Below, in pieces: positions 53,941 through 64,000 of a stretch of DNA of 64,000 nucleotides. Position 1 is the stretch's first letter. Each line of letters opens with the position of its first letter. The notes below the pieces were generated by a model, which worked only from the letters and a program-made list of their open reading frames with translations, did not search any database and had not been told where the DNA came from. The position numbers were made by a program, and so were the translations under genes. The stretch comes from Octopus sinensis (lineage: Eukaryota): assembly GCF_006345805.1 (NCBI RefSeq), contig NC_043010.1, positions 1,054,001-1,118,000 of the forward strand. The letters are read 5' to 3'.

Positions 53941-54160
53941 CCACTCAGCTGTAGAAATGAGTTGCGACGTCACTGGTGCCAAGCTGTATCGACCTTTGTC
54001 TTTCCCTTGGATAACACTGGTGGCGTGGAGAGGGAAGGCTGGTATGCATGGGCGACTGCTGGTCCTCCATAAACAACCTTGCCCGGACTTGTGTCTAGGA
54101 GGGTAACTTTCTAGGTGCAATCCCATGGTCATTCATGACCGAAGGGGGTCTTTACCTTTA
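53941..54160 (+). mobile_element. SINE family F, 3' part
   Basis: Matches 7110-7327. Confidence 0.8.
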
Positions 54161-54902
54161 CCTTACCACTTGACCCTTCTAACCTCTCCTAGACTACTAA
54201 AAGCTAGAATTAAGATAAGTACCACCAACAAAATCTATTGTTCTCAACGATATGTCTATCCTTCTGGATAGTTATAAAAGCAAGAACCCCAAGCAAAAAT
54301 CAGTTAGTCACATGGTGACAACTCAGTCGGCTCGTGACAACTCAATCAGTTAGTTAATGAATGATAACTCGAGTCAGAGACAGCTACCATCAGTTAGGGA
54401 GCGGAACGCCAGAATCATGATCACACGCAATGCAGCTACGAAAGACAATGGTCAGAGGGAGAAATGAAATTTACTGTCATCAACTATGAGACAACTTCCC
54501 ACGGCCCTACAACTTTTACTAGCTCTAATTCTTATCTCTTACAACATCATTCTATCGCTATCAATGGATTACTGCTAAGAAAATGTGTACACAAAACTAT
54601 ACAAGGAAAATCTACCACATCTAACTTTCCTTCACACGCTCTAGGATTATAGCACCTGCCCGTCGAGGCAAGGTATATTCAATGTAACGGCAAAAATAAA
54701 TATTTTCTTCACAACTTCAATTACTGTTCTTTCATCTTTACATAATAGCAATCAACAAAGAACCAATCATTATAAACTGATTACATCCATCCTACTGTGT
54801 GCCAAATCCATCTTTTTGTTAACAAACTGGTTACGACTCCGACATTTCATATTACTGTTTACAAATTAATTTCAACCGATACAAAATAATCTTCATCGTT
54901 AC

Positions 54903-54933
<31 letters not shown>

Positions 54934-55314
54934 TGTATGTATGTATGTATGTATGTATGTATGTATGTATGTATGTATGTATGTATGACAAACAAGGGTT
55001 AATACGGAATATTAATCCTGGCAAAATACTTCTTAAGATCCCTGCAGATAAAAGTACATTAGGCTAACAAAAGAAGTCATTTGATCGGTATTGTACTCCA
55101 AGTACTCCGAAATCCCAAGCTGAAATCAAAGCACATCACCAGCTATATTTCTAAATCCATGGCTGCGTTATCCAGTTAAGATTGTATAGCTCTGAAGAAT
55201 TGAACCGTGAACGCACACAAATTAATATCTGAAACAACTGTAAGCCTATAATAAGTAACTAAATACATATAACCCATTATTTCTCTCTATGCTTTACACA
55301 CACACACACACACA

Positions 55315-55355
<41 letters not shown>

Positions 55356-55424
55356 ACACACTCGCATGCACACACACACACATATAGCAAATGAACGGAA
55401 GATGGAATATACGAGAATTTATTA

Positions 55425-55530
55425 ATCAGGACAATTGTTTCGAAACATCTAAAATTAATCCCACATGGGTGGGACACTCAACAACTGGTTCAGGAGCATC
55501 CGGCGGTGCAGACGTATTTCGTCGGGTAAT
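55425..55530 (-). ncRNA. Decayed hammerhead with long stem II insert
   Basis: AUUAC-CCGACGA-[about 77 nt]-GAAA-CAAUUG-U-C-CUGAU: U4C in the core, ACAAUUGU palindrome, GUC site. Confidence 0.5.
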
Positions 55531-55688
55531 AAATAGATACAACTCCTTAAAATAACAGTTCCACAGTGAAACTTCTCGTTTTGTAGAAAGAAAAGCAGAC
55601 AGACAGAGGAAATATCTTCATTTATATAGAAGACCAAAGATAAAATCACAGATTGGTAAAAGAGAAAGAAACGTGTTCGCTTTCTCTT

Positions 55689-55789
55689 CTTTTGAGATAC
55701 ATCTGCACCGCCGGATAATCCTGAACCAATTTTTGAGCGTTCCGCCCATGAGGGATCGATGTTAGATGCGTCGAAACAATTGTCGTGAT
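55689..55789 (+). ncRNA. Inverted partner hammerhead, core truncated
   Basis: GAUACAUCU/AGAUGCGUC stem II base, GAAA 55773-55776, GUC 55782-55784, GUGAU; only the GA of the core survives. Confidence 0.45.
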
Positions 55790-55968
55790 TAATAAATTCT
55801 TGTATATTCCACCTCCTGTCTTTCATTTGCCAAATACATAACGACCATTGTGAAAATGACTGTGCTTTACCAGTTAGCTGCCAGGTGTAAACCATTCGTT
55901 TTATTATCCAATATATATGTGTGTTGTCCACTTTAGTGGTTATTCCTTTAATTTTGAATATATATTTG

Positions 55969-56021
<53 letters not shown>

Positions 56022-56023
<2 letters not shown>

Positions 56024-56285
56024 CGTTGGTAGACGGAAACTGAAAGAAGCCTGTCGTATATATGTATATATATGTGTGTGTGGTGTGTATGTTTTGTGTG
56101 TCTGTTGTCCCCCTAGCATGCTTGACCACCGATGCTGGTGTGTTACGTCCCCGTCACTTAACGGTTTGGCAAAAGAGACCAATAGAATAAGTACTGGGCT
56201 TACAAAGAATAAGTCCCGGGGTCGATTGCTCGACTAAAGGCGGTGCTCCAGCATGGCCGCAGTCAAATGACTGAAACAAGTAAAA
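56022..56285 (+). mobile_element. SINE family A body and tail
   Basis: ggtagacggaaactgaaagaagcc ... agtcaaatgactgaaacaagtaaaa. Confidence 0.8.
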
Positions 56286-56334
<49 letters not shown>

Positions 56335-56353
56335 ATATATCGGGTGTTCACTA

Positions 56354-56392
56354 CTGACGAGGGGCACAAAATAGCCCGAGAACCGCCCGGTC
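56354..56392 (+). ncRNA. Degenerate hammerhead-like motif
   Basis: CUGACGA-G-GGGC(ACAAAAUA)GCCC-GAGAA-CCG(CC)CGG-U-C; the GAAA is altered and there is no stem I. Confidence 0.35.
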
Positions 56393-56771
56393 GTTTTAAT
56401 CATAACTAAATATGTAATTTATATTATTAAAAATATTGTAAAATTGTAAAATTGTAAATAATAAAACGTGAAAATTAGACTTGGCTGGAATTTCATCGAT
56501 TACTATATCTTCTATACACAATCATACAAACTCGGATATATATATATGAATATATATATATATATATATATAATATATAATAAATATTAGGGAATAATCC
56601 AAATTTACAGGAAAAAAATCAGATTTAGGATTAAATCCAATTTTATAGTAAAATATTATAAAATAAAATAAAATAAAATAAAATATTATTAGAGACAAAC
56701 CACTATTTTGCAAAACAAACAAGGAAAGACTTAATCAATACATAAAATTTTAATAAATAGTCAAAAAACCG

Positions 56772-56813
56772 CCACTACAATTGTTCTTGTCTTGATCGAC
56801 AATCTTCAGGTGG
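56772..56813 (-). ncRNA. Minimal hammerhead with a one-base core deletion
   Basis: CCAC-CUGAAGA-UUGUC(GAUCAA)GACAA-GAA-CAAUUG-U-A-GUGG: all helices are perfect, but one A of GAAA is missing. It lies in a pLTR-like repeat at about 56520-56830. Confidence 0.6.
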
Positions 56814-56833
56814 ACTTCCAATAAGTCAGTTTC

Positions 56834-56898
<65 letters not shown>

Positions 56899-57594
56899 TA
56901 TATATATATATATTATTCTATATATATATGTATGTGTGTGTGTGTGTGTAGACACAGAAGACACATATGCATGTATATGTATATTATAGACTGAATGTTT
57001 TGATTTCTGCGAAAACGTTCGTCTTAAGAAAGTGTGAACTGTGGAGCACTGCAACTTTACTCAGGAATCAATATATTCAGTTACGACTCTCTCTCTCTCT
57101 CTCTCTCTCAAACACACACACACACACACATACATACACACATATACACACACACTCATACACTCCTGTACACATACTAACATACACACACAAGTGTCCA
57201 CACACATACAGAGCAAATGTATGCAGTCACACACACACGCACACACACACCACACACACATACACACAGATACGTTTACACAGGTATGTACGTATAAATG
57301 TTTGTGTCTGTGTGTGTATTTGAGAGTGTGAGAGTATCTATGTGTATGCACGTAGAACATTCATAATGCCGCACACATAAACGCACATATATACATACAT
57401 GCCATACATACATACATACATACATACATACATACATACCTACATACATACATGCCAGCACCCATGCATATATACTCTTACACATGCACATGCGCGGACA
57501 CTCATGCCACTATTTTCATGCACTCACAAACAGCCCTCCTACACATCCCTCACGAACACCATATACATCCATACATAACATGCACACACACACT

Positions 57595-57631
<37 letters not shown>

Positions 57632-58263
57632 CTCGATCTCTACAATAAAAGAGAAGCTTTTATTTCTGGGAACGTTCAATAAAACTTTCATTTTGAAAAG
57701 CCTCATCAAGCCTGCATCTAATCTGTAACATGACTTACAGCTTATTTTCACGCCTGCAAATATACGTATAAGGCACACAACGTCAATAACAAGCTTAGAG
57801 GTGTGGACACAACAGCTGTGTCTTAGCAATTTCTCAGCCAAAAAAGGCCAAAGTTCCAAACCATTTTACTTGGCGTTTTTGTGGAAGTTGACCAAAGTCT
57901 ACGATGGGTTTTATGGCTGGACCAGCTTTTCAAAAGATCTGCTCCAAGCTAATCACACGCACGCACATATGTGCTTGCTTGTATTTACATACGCATAAAC
58001 ACACACACACATGCGTGCACATACGTGGTCACGCATGCACGTACACATACAAACACATACAGATGCGCACGCGCACATACAACAAGCATGACCGTATCGT
58101 TACTCACACACATTCGCATGCTTCATATATTTGCATTCACAGACATAAACACGTGTTCACACACACACATGCTTTCATGCAAAAATTCGCGCAAGTTTGT
58201 ATGCTTTCGTTCATATGTATGTGTGTGTGTGGTGTGTGTGCATGCGTGTGTATATATATATGC

Positions 58264-58294
<31 letters not shown>

Positions 58295-58364
58295 ATATAT
58301 AATATATATATATATTATATATCTATAATATATATAATATTATATATATATTTAATATATATAT

Positions 58365-58408
<44 letters not shown>

Positions 58409-58445
58409 ATATATATATATATTATATTTATATATATATATATAA

Positions 58446-58476
<31 letters not shown>

Positions 58477-58730
58477 TTAAAATGAGGGTGAAAAATTGGA
58501 TATTTGATTAACATTAATTTAAAACCAGTGGTATAGCATATTAAAACCTGAAGGTTCAGAAAATTGTATTACATACATATGAAAGGGATGACCACTATGT
58601 GGACAACCCTTATGCTAGAAGTAGATCCGCTATGGTTTTACCACTAAGAAATGTTCTCAAGAAAATTTAGCAAACACCAGAACGTAAGCGAGCAAGACCG
58701 GTCTGTCGAAGGATCACTCATTTTTACCGG

Positions 58731-58855
58731 CAGAGTGGACTGGAGCAACGTGAAATGAAATGTTTTGCTCAAGGACACAACGCGTCGTCCGGTCCAGGAA
58801 TCGAAACCACAATCTTACGATCATGAATCCAACACTCCTGACCACTCAGCCAGGT
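58731..58855 (-). mobile_element. SINE family F head
   Basis: Reverse complement of the tRNA-like head plus gtgtccttgagcaaaacattt. Confidence 0.7.
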
Positions 58856-59047
58856 TCCTCCACGCCAGCGTCCATGGGTAATGATGAAAAGAAAACAGAA
58901 AACATGTTTATCTATAACACAGAAAGTTAGGTTGTTGAAAATTTTTGATTGTAGAGTAAAGTATCCGACAGAGAATTTTTTGTGTTGGAACAACGACTAT
59001 TGACGACCTGAGAAACAATGATAAATAAATAAATAAATAAATAAATA

Positions 59048-59377
59048 AAACAGGACAAGTTGTTGAAGTTCTGCGCAAATACTGAAGAACAAATGTTAAT
59101 GAAAACTAGAAAAACATTACATGGAGCGAAAAATGAAAATGTCGATCATGTATTGATGAAGTGAGCATAGGAGAAAAGGCATGCCGCTCAACGGAATGTT
59201 TGTTGATCATGAAGCAGGCAAAATCTATCATGACGAACTGAAAGTTGAAGCTCGCTGTGAATATTCAGCAGTCTGGTTAGAAACATTTAAGAAAAACAGG
59301 ATATTAAATATTGAAAGATTTGTGGTGATAAAGCATCTGCCGATCACGAAGCAGCAGAGAAATTCATTGACACTTGG
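59048..59377 (+). pseudogene. Decayed Jerky/Tigger-type (CENP-B-like HTH) transposase, N-terminal part
   Basis: KQDKLLKFCANTEEQMLMKTRKTLHGAKNENVDHVLMK*..MPLNGM..LIMKQA..KIYHDELK..EYSAVWLETFKK..KICGDKASADHEAAEKFID across stops and frameshifts. Confidence 0.8.
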
Positions 59378-59626
59378 AATTCACCTCTTTGTATGAGTGT
59401 AACATGACTAGCGACATTACTTATACATTGCTTTAAAAATGCTGACATTTCCCAGTTTTTATTTTATTTCCCTTTAATCCTATTCTGTACTTTGTTTTTA
59501 CACCTTACGTAAAACTGAATACCTGTATAGTGGAAAATAAAATACGAGTGATGTATGTGTACTGTAACCTTTTAATCAAAGTATGCCGTCGTAGGTGGAG
59601 GCAGATAGCTTACCTTTCTGATGATA

Positions 59627-59990
59627 TCTCTCTATATATAAACGGCAAAATGTCTGCGTGTGTGTCCTTTATACAAATCCACAATTTTTCAGTTAGAGAG
59701 CTCGTACTTTCTATGGTCATTCAAAACCGTCCAAGGGTGATCGTGCACATCTTTACATTTCCCCAGTCACCCCGCAAAGCCATTAAAAAATCAATAGAAG
59801 TGACTTTTTTGTGAATTTTCTATCCAAAACCCAATCAAAATGCCCGGAACTTGATACGCCAATTGAATGCCAGCTAGCTGTATGTGATTGGTCGGAGATT
59901 TGGACAGTACCTACGTGTATGTGTGCACGCACGCAGCTGTATATGCATGCACTAGCACTATGACCCAGCAACGCCGGGTCATAGTGCTAG
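59627..59990 (+). mobile_element. Non-autonomous Helitron
   Basis: Starts TC(tctctatatata) after A, ends CTAG before T; perfect 16-bp hairpin 59951-59966/59976-59991; no TSD. Confidence 0.8.
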
Positions 59991-60439
59991 TTATGTATAA
60001 AAAGAATTATGTAAAACTACATTCAGGGTGTAACGAGTATGTACACCGAATAAATGACAGGAGAAGAATATTTGTTGATACGGACTTTATTTTATCGTCA
60101 CAGTATAAGAGACAACTTTTTCGGGTTGCTATTATTCAAATATTAGTTTTTATGGTCAATTTTGTATGTAGTTACGTTTATCTGAGTGATCGCTGGAAGG
60201 TAGACAGAAGAAGAGAGGCAGAGTAAAAGAATCTACCTCTGTGGACAAAGAGAGGGCGCGAGAGTTGTGTAATCCTCAGGTGGCAAGCCGTAACTGAAAG
60301 GAGAAAAAGAAAGATGTGCTCTTCTAGCGAGGGACCAAGTGAAATAGGAAGAACTGAGTTTGGGTTCTGTATACATGTTGGAAAGCTTGATGTAGGTCGG
60401 AAAACAATCGAAGGTAAATGAGTTTATCTCTGTTGAACT

Positions 60440-60790
60440 GCATTTAACCCAAGAGTGTTTACTTAAACTATAGAACTTATCTAAGTGTGACAGTTGACCC
60501 TCATAAATATCTAAGTGTTGATGTCAAGAGCATTAGGAAGGAACTCGTAAAAGCTTGTAGGTTTCGAATCTTGGCTAAGAATCTTGAAAGCAATTCGCTA
60601 CAAAGGTATATCTATAAGTTATATCATGAAATATATATGGATATTGCGCTTAAACTTGGGGCCCACTTACGGGGGTCCCATTTTATGCGTATTAAAAATG
60701 TTCCTGTATCCGAAACTCCTACATCCGCCATGCTTTCTTCCCCAAGAAGTTCGCATGCGGAGTTCTCAACCTGTGCCTTGAGATGAAGAA
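60440..60790 (+). mobile_element. Possible highly decayed non-LTR reverse transcriptase fragment
   Basis: NLSKC then HKYLSV..IRKELVKAC resemble the RT fNxxKC and YKYLG motifs, but only across frameshifts; weak. Confidence 0.3.
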
Positions 60791-60798
60791 GATACAAA

Positions 60799-60898
60799 NN
60801 NNNNNNNNNNNNNNNNNNNNNNNNNNNNNNNNNNNNNNNNNNNNNNNNNNNNNNNNNNNNNNNNNNNNNNNNNNNNNNNNNNNNNNNNNNNNNNNNNN
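60799..60898. other. Assembly gap (100 N)
   Basis: Run of exactly 100 N. Confidence 0.99.
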
Positions 60899-61324
60899 AT
60901 ATATTATACATATATATTTATACACATATTTATATACATACATATATGCACATACATATAAAATAATGATGATGAAGATGGGCACATAAAGTACCATATT
61001 ATAATAGGTGTGTTGGTATTGAAGCATTGAAGAAGGATGTGAAAGATTCTGAAGATGAGGAATTTGTGAAATGTGAACATCTTCATTAATTATGTATGTT
61101 GCCATACATAATAAATAACACCGATATATTTTTCGAAATAAAAAAAAATGAAGAAAAAAAGTCGGTCCTTTTCATGTCTGGTTCAGTTGCAGAGAGAGAA
61201 GTGAGGGTGAGGGAGTGCATGTAGGAAGAGAGCAGAATTACCAGGCAACATGGGAAAAACGTGTGTGTGTGTGTGTGTATATGTATATGTATATGAGTGT
61301 ATATATGTATATATACATATATAT

Positions 61325-61500
61325 ATATCTTTTATCTGCTTCTGTCTTGTACTTGCTTCAGTCATCTGACTGTGAATCAACCTCAGGACTTATTTTCTCA
61401 AGACTAGTACTTATTCTATCATTCTCTTTTGCCAAACTGCTAAGTTACAGGGACAGACATAAACACAGCAACAACAGTTGTTAAGCAGTAGAAGGGAACA
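61325..61500 (-). mobile_element. Degenerate SINE family A, 3' half
   Basis: Tail and body motifs with deletions. Confidence 0.65.
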
Positions 61501-61848
61501 AAGATAGATTAATTGAAAAACCAGTTGTTTTGACTTTCTTCCGTAAAAATTTATAATTGTTCTTTTGTATTCATTAAAGAATAGTTGTATGGATGCGGTC
61601 AACTTTTTTATAGTGAAATTCTAGCTGTTTCTGAAAGAGTGATTTTTTAGTTCACTATACACTCACACAGCAATTATATATACATAATATATGTATGTAT
61701 ATACATACACACACACACATATATATATACATATATACGTATATATAAATATCCACACACATACATATACATATATATATATATATATTAGAGAGAAAAT
61801 AAGTACTCAGACAACTAAATATATATATATAGTATGTATATATATATG

Positions 61849-61880
<32 letters not shown>

Positions 61881-63086
61881 TAATAAACACACTCACACTA
61901 AAAGACATTTATATATGTAATGTTCATATTTGTGCACATACGCACTTATGTAAGTACATATGATTTTTAAAAAAATAATTAATTAATATAATTAATTAAA
62001 GAGTCATCCTTGTGGTTAAATAAATTTGGAAAGTTTTGGTCATTTTAGCCACTACTCTTGACTTTTGTCCGAGTATTTGTCCTTCTGACTGCAAAATGGA
62101 ATTTTACAAAAAAGAGCAATACACAATGCTGTCACAATTATATTTCCAAATTCATCTGTTTCTTGTTGGCTGTTTTGTTTTCAATATATTTTAAAACTCA
62201 AACCTAGAATTTTCTAAAGGAGAAAGAGAGCCAAGGAGAGACAAAACAGCTGTTCTCATAGAATTTCAGAATCTGGCATGTTTTGCAAGGTCCAACAACA
62301 ATGTGGTAAAAAGGTTTTGGCAATGGTTTGAGATCATCTTTAACATATATACAGTCAAATTCATATAGAATTCTCATAGGTGGAATTTTGCACCCTCAAA
62401 CTCTTTATATATAAAAAGACCAAGAAATCTAACTTTAAACCACTTTTTGATAAATCCGATAATGGCAGAAAGCACAAAAAATGTAAATAAAATTTAAATA
62501 AAAAAATATATATAATCATCCAGCATTTTGACTACCTTATTATTCTATATATATAAAGATATATAATAATATAAATTATATATATATATATATGTATGTA
62601 TGTATATATATGTATGTATATGCATATATGGGTACAGGACATCACCAACAGTGTAAACAACATGAAGTACACAAAAACAAACGGGTTAATACGCAAACCA
62701 GGAAAAATACAAAGCAGGACCAGTACACACAGAGAATGACACATTGTCAGCTGTCTATCTACTCCTCATTTTGAGCATTCAATAACAATATGAGTCATCA
62801 AAGACAGTTGCTCCTGTAAATTCCAAAATAAAATTTCGGATTTATGGAGGGTCAAAGTTGGGAACAAAAACAGGACAGTGAAGACATACAAGGAAACTTA
62901 ATGAAAACAAACATAGAAAGTCGTTAGACCAGAATGAAAGGAAAATAGTGAACGCTGGGAGAAATATTTTCTTAGTAAAGAGAAAAGATAGAAGAGAGAG
63001 AAAGAAAACGTTCAGTCCTTAGATCGTCATGCAGGAAAAGAAAGATGGTCAAGTGAGGAAATGATGGACGATGGACACATGTGAGC

Positions 63087-63128
<42 letters not shown>

Positions 63129-64000
63129 GGAGATAGAGAGCGATAGACAGACAGACAGATACAAAATGGTGAAGGAGAGAAAAAAGGAATTTTAGAAGGA
63201 TGGGGGAAGAAAACAGGTTAGAGTCGCATCAAAAAGGTCAAGATAAACTTACTTGGAAATGGATGCGTGACATTCAATTAAATAATAATATAAATAATAT
63301 ATATATATATACATATACATACATATATATATGCATATATATATGTGTGTGTGGAGGCACAATGTGTGTGAGAGAGAGAGAGAGAGAAAGAAAGAGAGAG
63401 TGAGTGAGTGAAGGTGTGTGTTGTGATGTATGAATTTTTGTGCATGTACGTGTAAGTGGCACTCACTTGCTCTCTCACTCTCTCTCTCACACATGCGCAC
63501 ACACACACACATCTTTCATACACATGTACATAGTGGAGGTAAAGAATATGCACACCACCTGTTTTCCACTAACCCTAAAAACCAGGAGTGTGTATTCTTT
63601 ACCTTTGCCCATAAATACATATGTATACATCTTTTTTGTGCGTGAGAGAGAGAGAGAGAGAGTGTGTGTGTGACTGTATTTCCTCATAACATAGAAAAAT
63701 GGATGTCTTTTTATACAATTTTTTTGGTTGTGTGATGCTGATACTGACAGTGATGAAGAAGCTAAAGAGAACTGTTAAAAATTATCTTGAAACTGGTTAG
63801 AAGGAGTGGAATAACATTTCTGTAATTATATTGAAAGAGCCGCTGAGGCTTGTTATAATAACCAGAATAACATTTTCTTTTCCAGATATATTTGTGAGTT
63901 TTGTGAGTGGTGTTCAATCAGCCAAATCTTCATGTTGTTGTATTTCAAAGTGAATGTTGTTTGTTTAAAGTCCAGGCTGCAACTAAACTATCGATATTGG

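Larger units (their letters stand above)
55397..55960 (+). mobile_element. Twin-hammerhead fold-back element with spacer
   Basis: About 120-bp imperfect inverted arms 55397-55520 and 55694-55816. The plus arm has AATAAA at 55791-55796 and continues to (TA)n at about 55960. Confidence 0.6.

Noticed and set aside
1021-58855. tRNA genes
   Set aside because: All A/B-box segments run directly into SINE bodies and lack full cloverleaf and acceptor stems.
61040-61090. ctgaaga..gaaatgtgaacatc
   Set aside because: Stem III and the site look right, but stems I and II do not pair.
1-64000. Nearly all ORFs in the supplied track (poly-YI, -HT, -CV, -LS, -M, -H)
   Set aside because: They are translations of microsatellites with no domain content or splice context.

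Overview
AT-rich, microsatellite-saturated animal DNA. The SINE families and repeat content look like an octopus or other coleoid cephalopod (inference from pattern recognition, not a database search). Almost all ORFs in the supplied track are simple-repeat artefacts. No complete gene, rRNA, true tRNA or CRISPR array was found; there is one plausible orphan terminal coding exon (34372-34480, minus strand). The window is dominated by five recurring SINE families (called A, B, C, E, F here), several non-autonomous DNA elements (a 6-bp-TSD MITE, two piggyBac-like MITEs, a Helitron) and decayed pogo/Tigger and non-LTR remnants. The standout signal is about a dozen minimal type I hammerhead-ribozyme (HHR) motifs from several sequence-unrelated short repeat families. 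Five loci share one ORF-less architecture: two HHR copies joined head-to-head as a fold-back, with one long arm, one truncated inverted arm, and usually a (TA)n flank. One copy has a compensatory G3:C8 catalytic core, and another HHR sits behind a tRNA-like Pol III head. HHR-bearing Penelope pseudo-LTRs and inverted pLTR ends are known in general, so the novelty claim is limited to this recurrent twin fold-back form, the core variant and the tRNA-head fusion. All folding was done by eye and ribozyme activity is untested.
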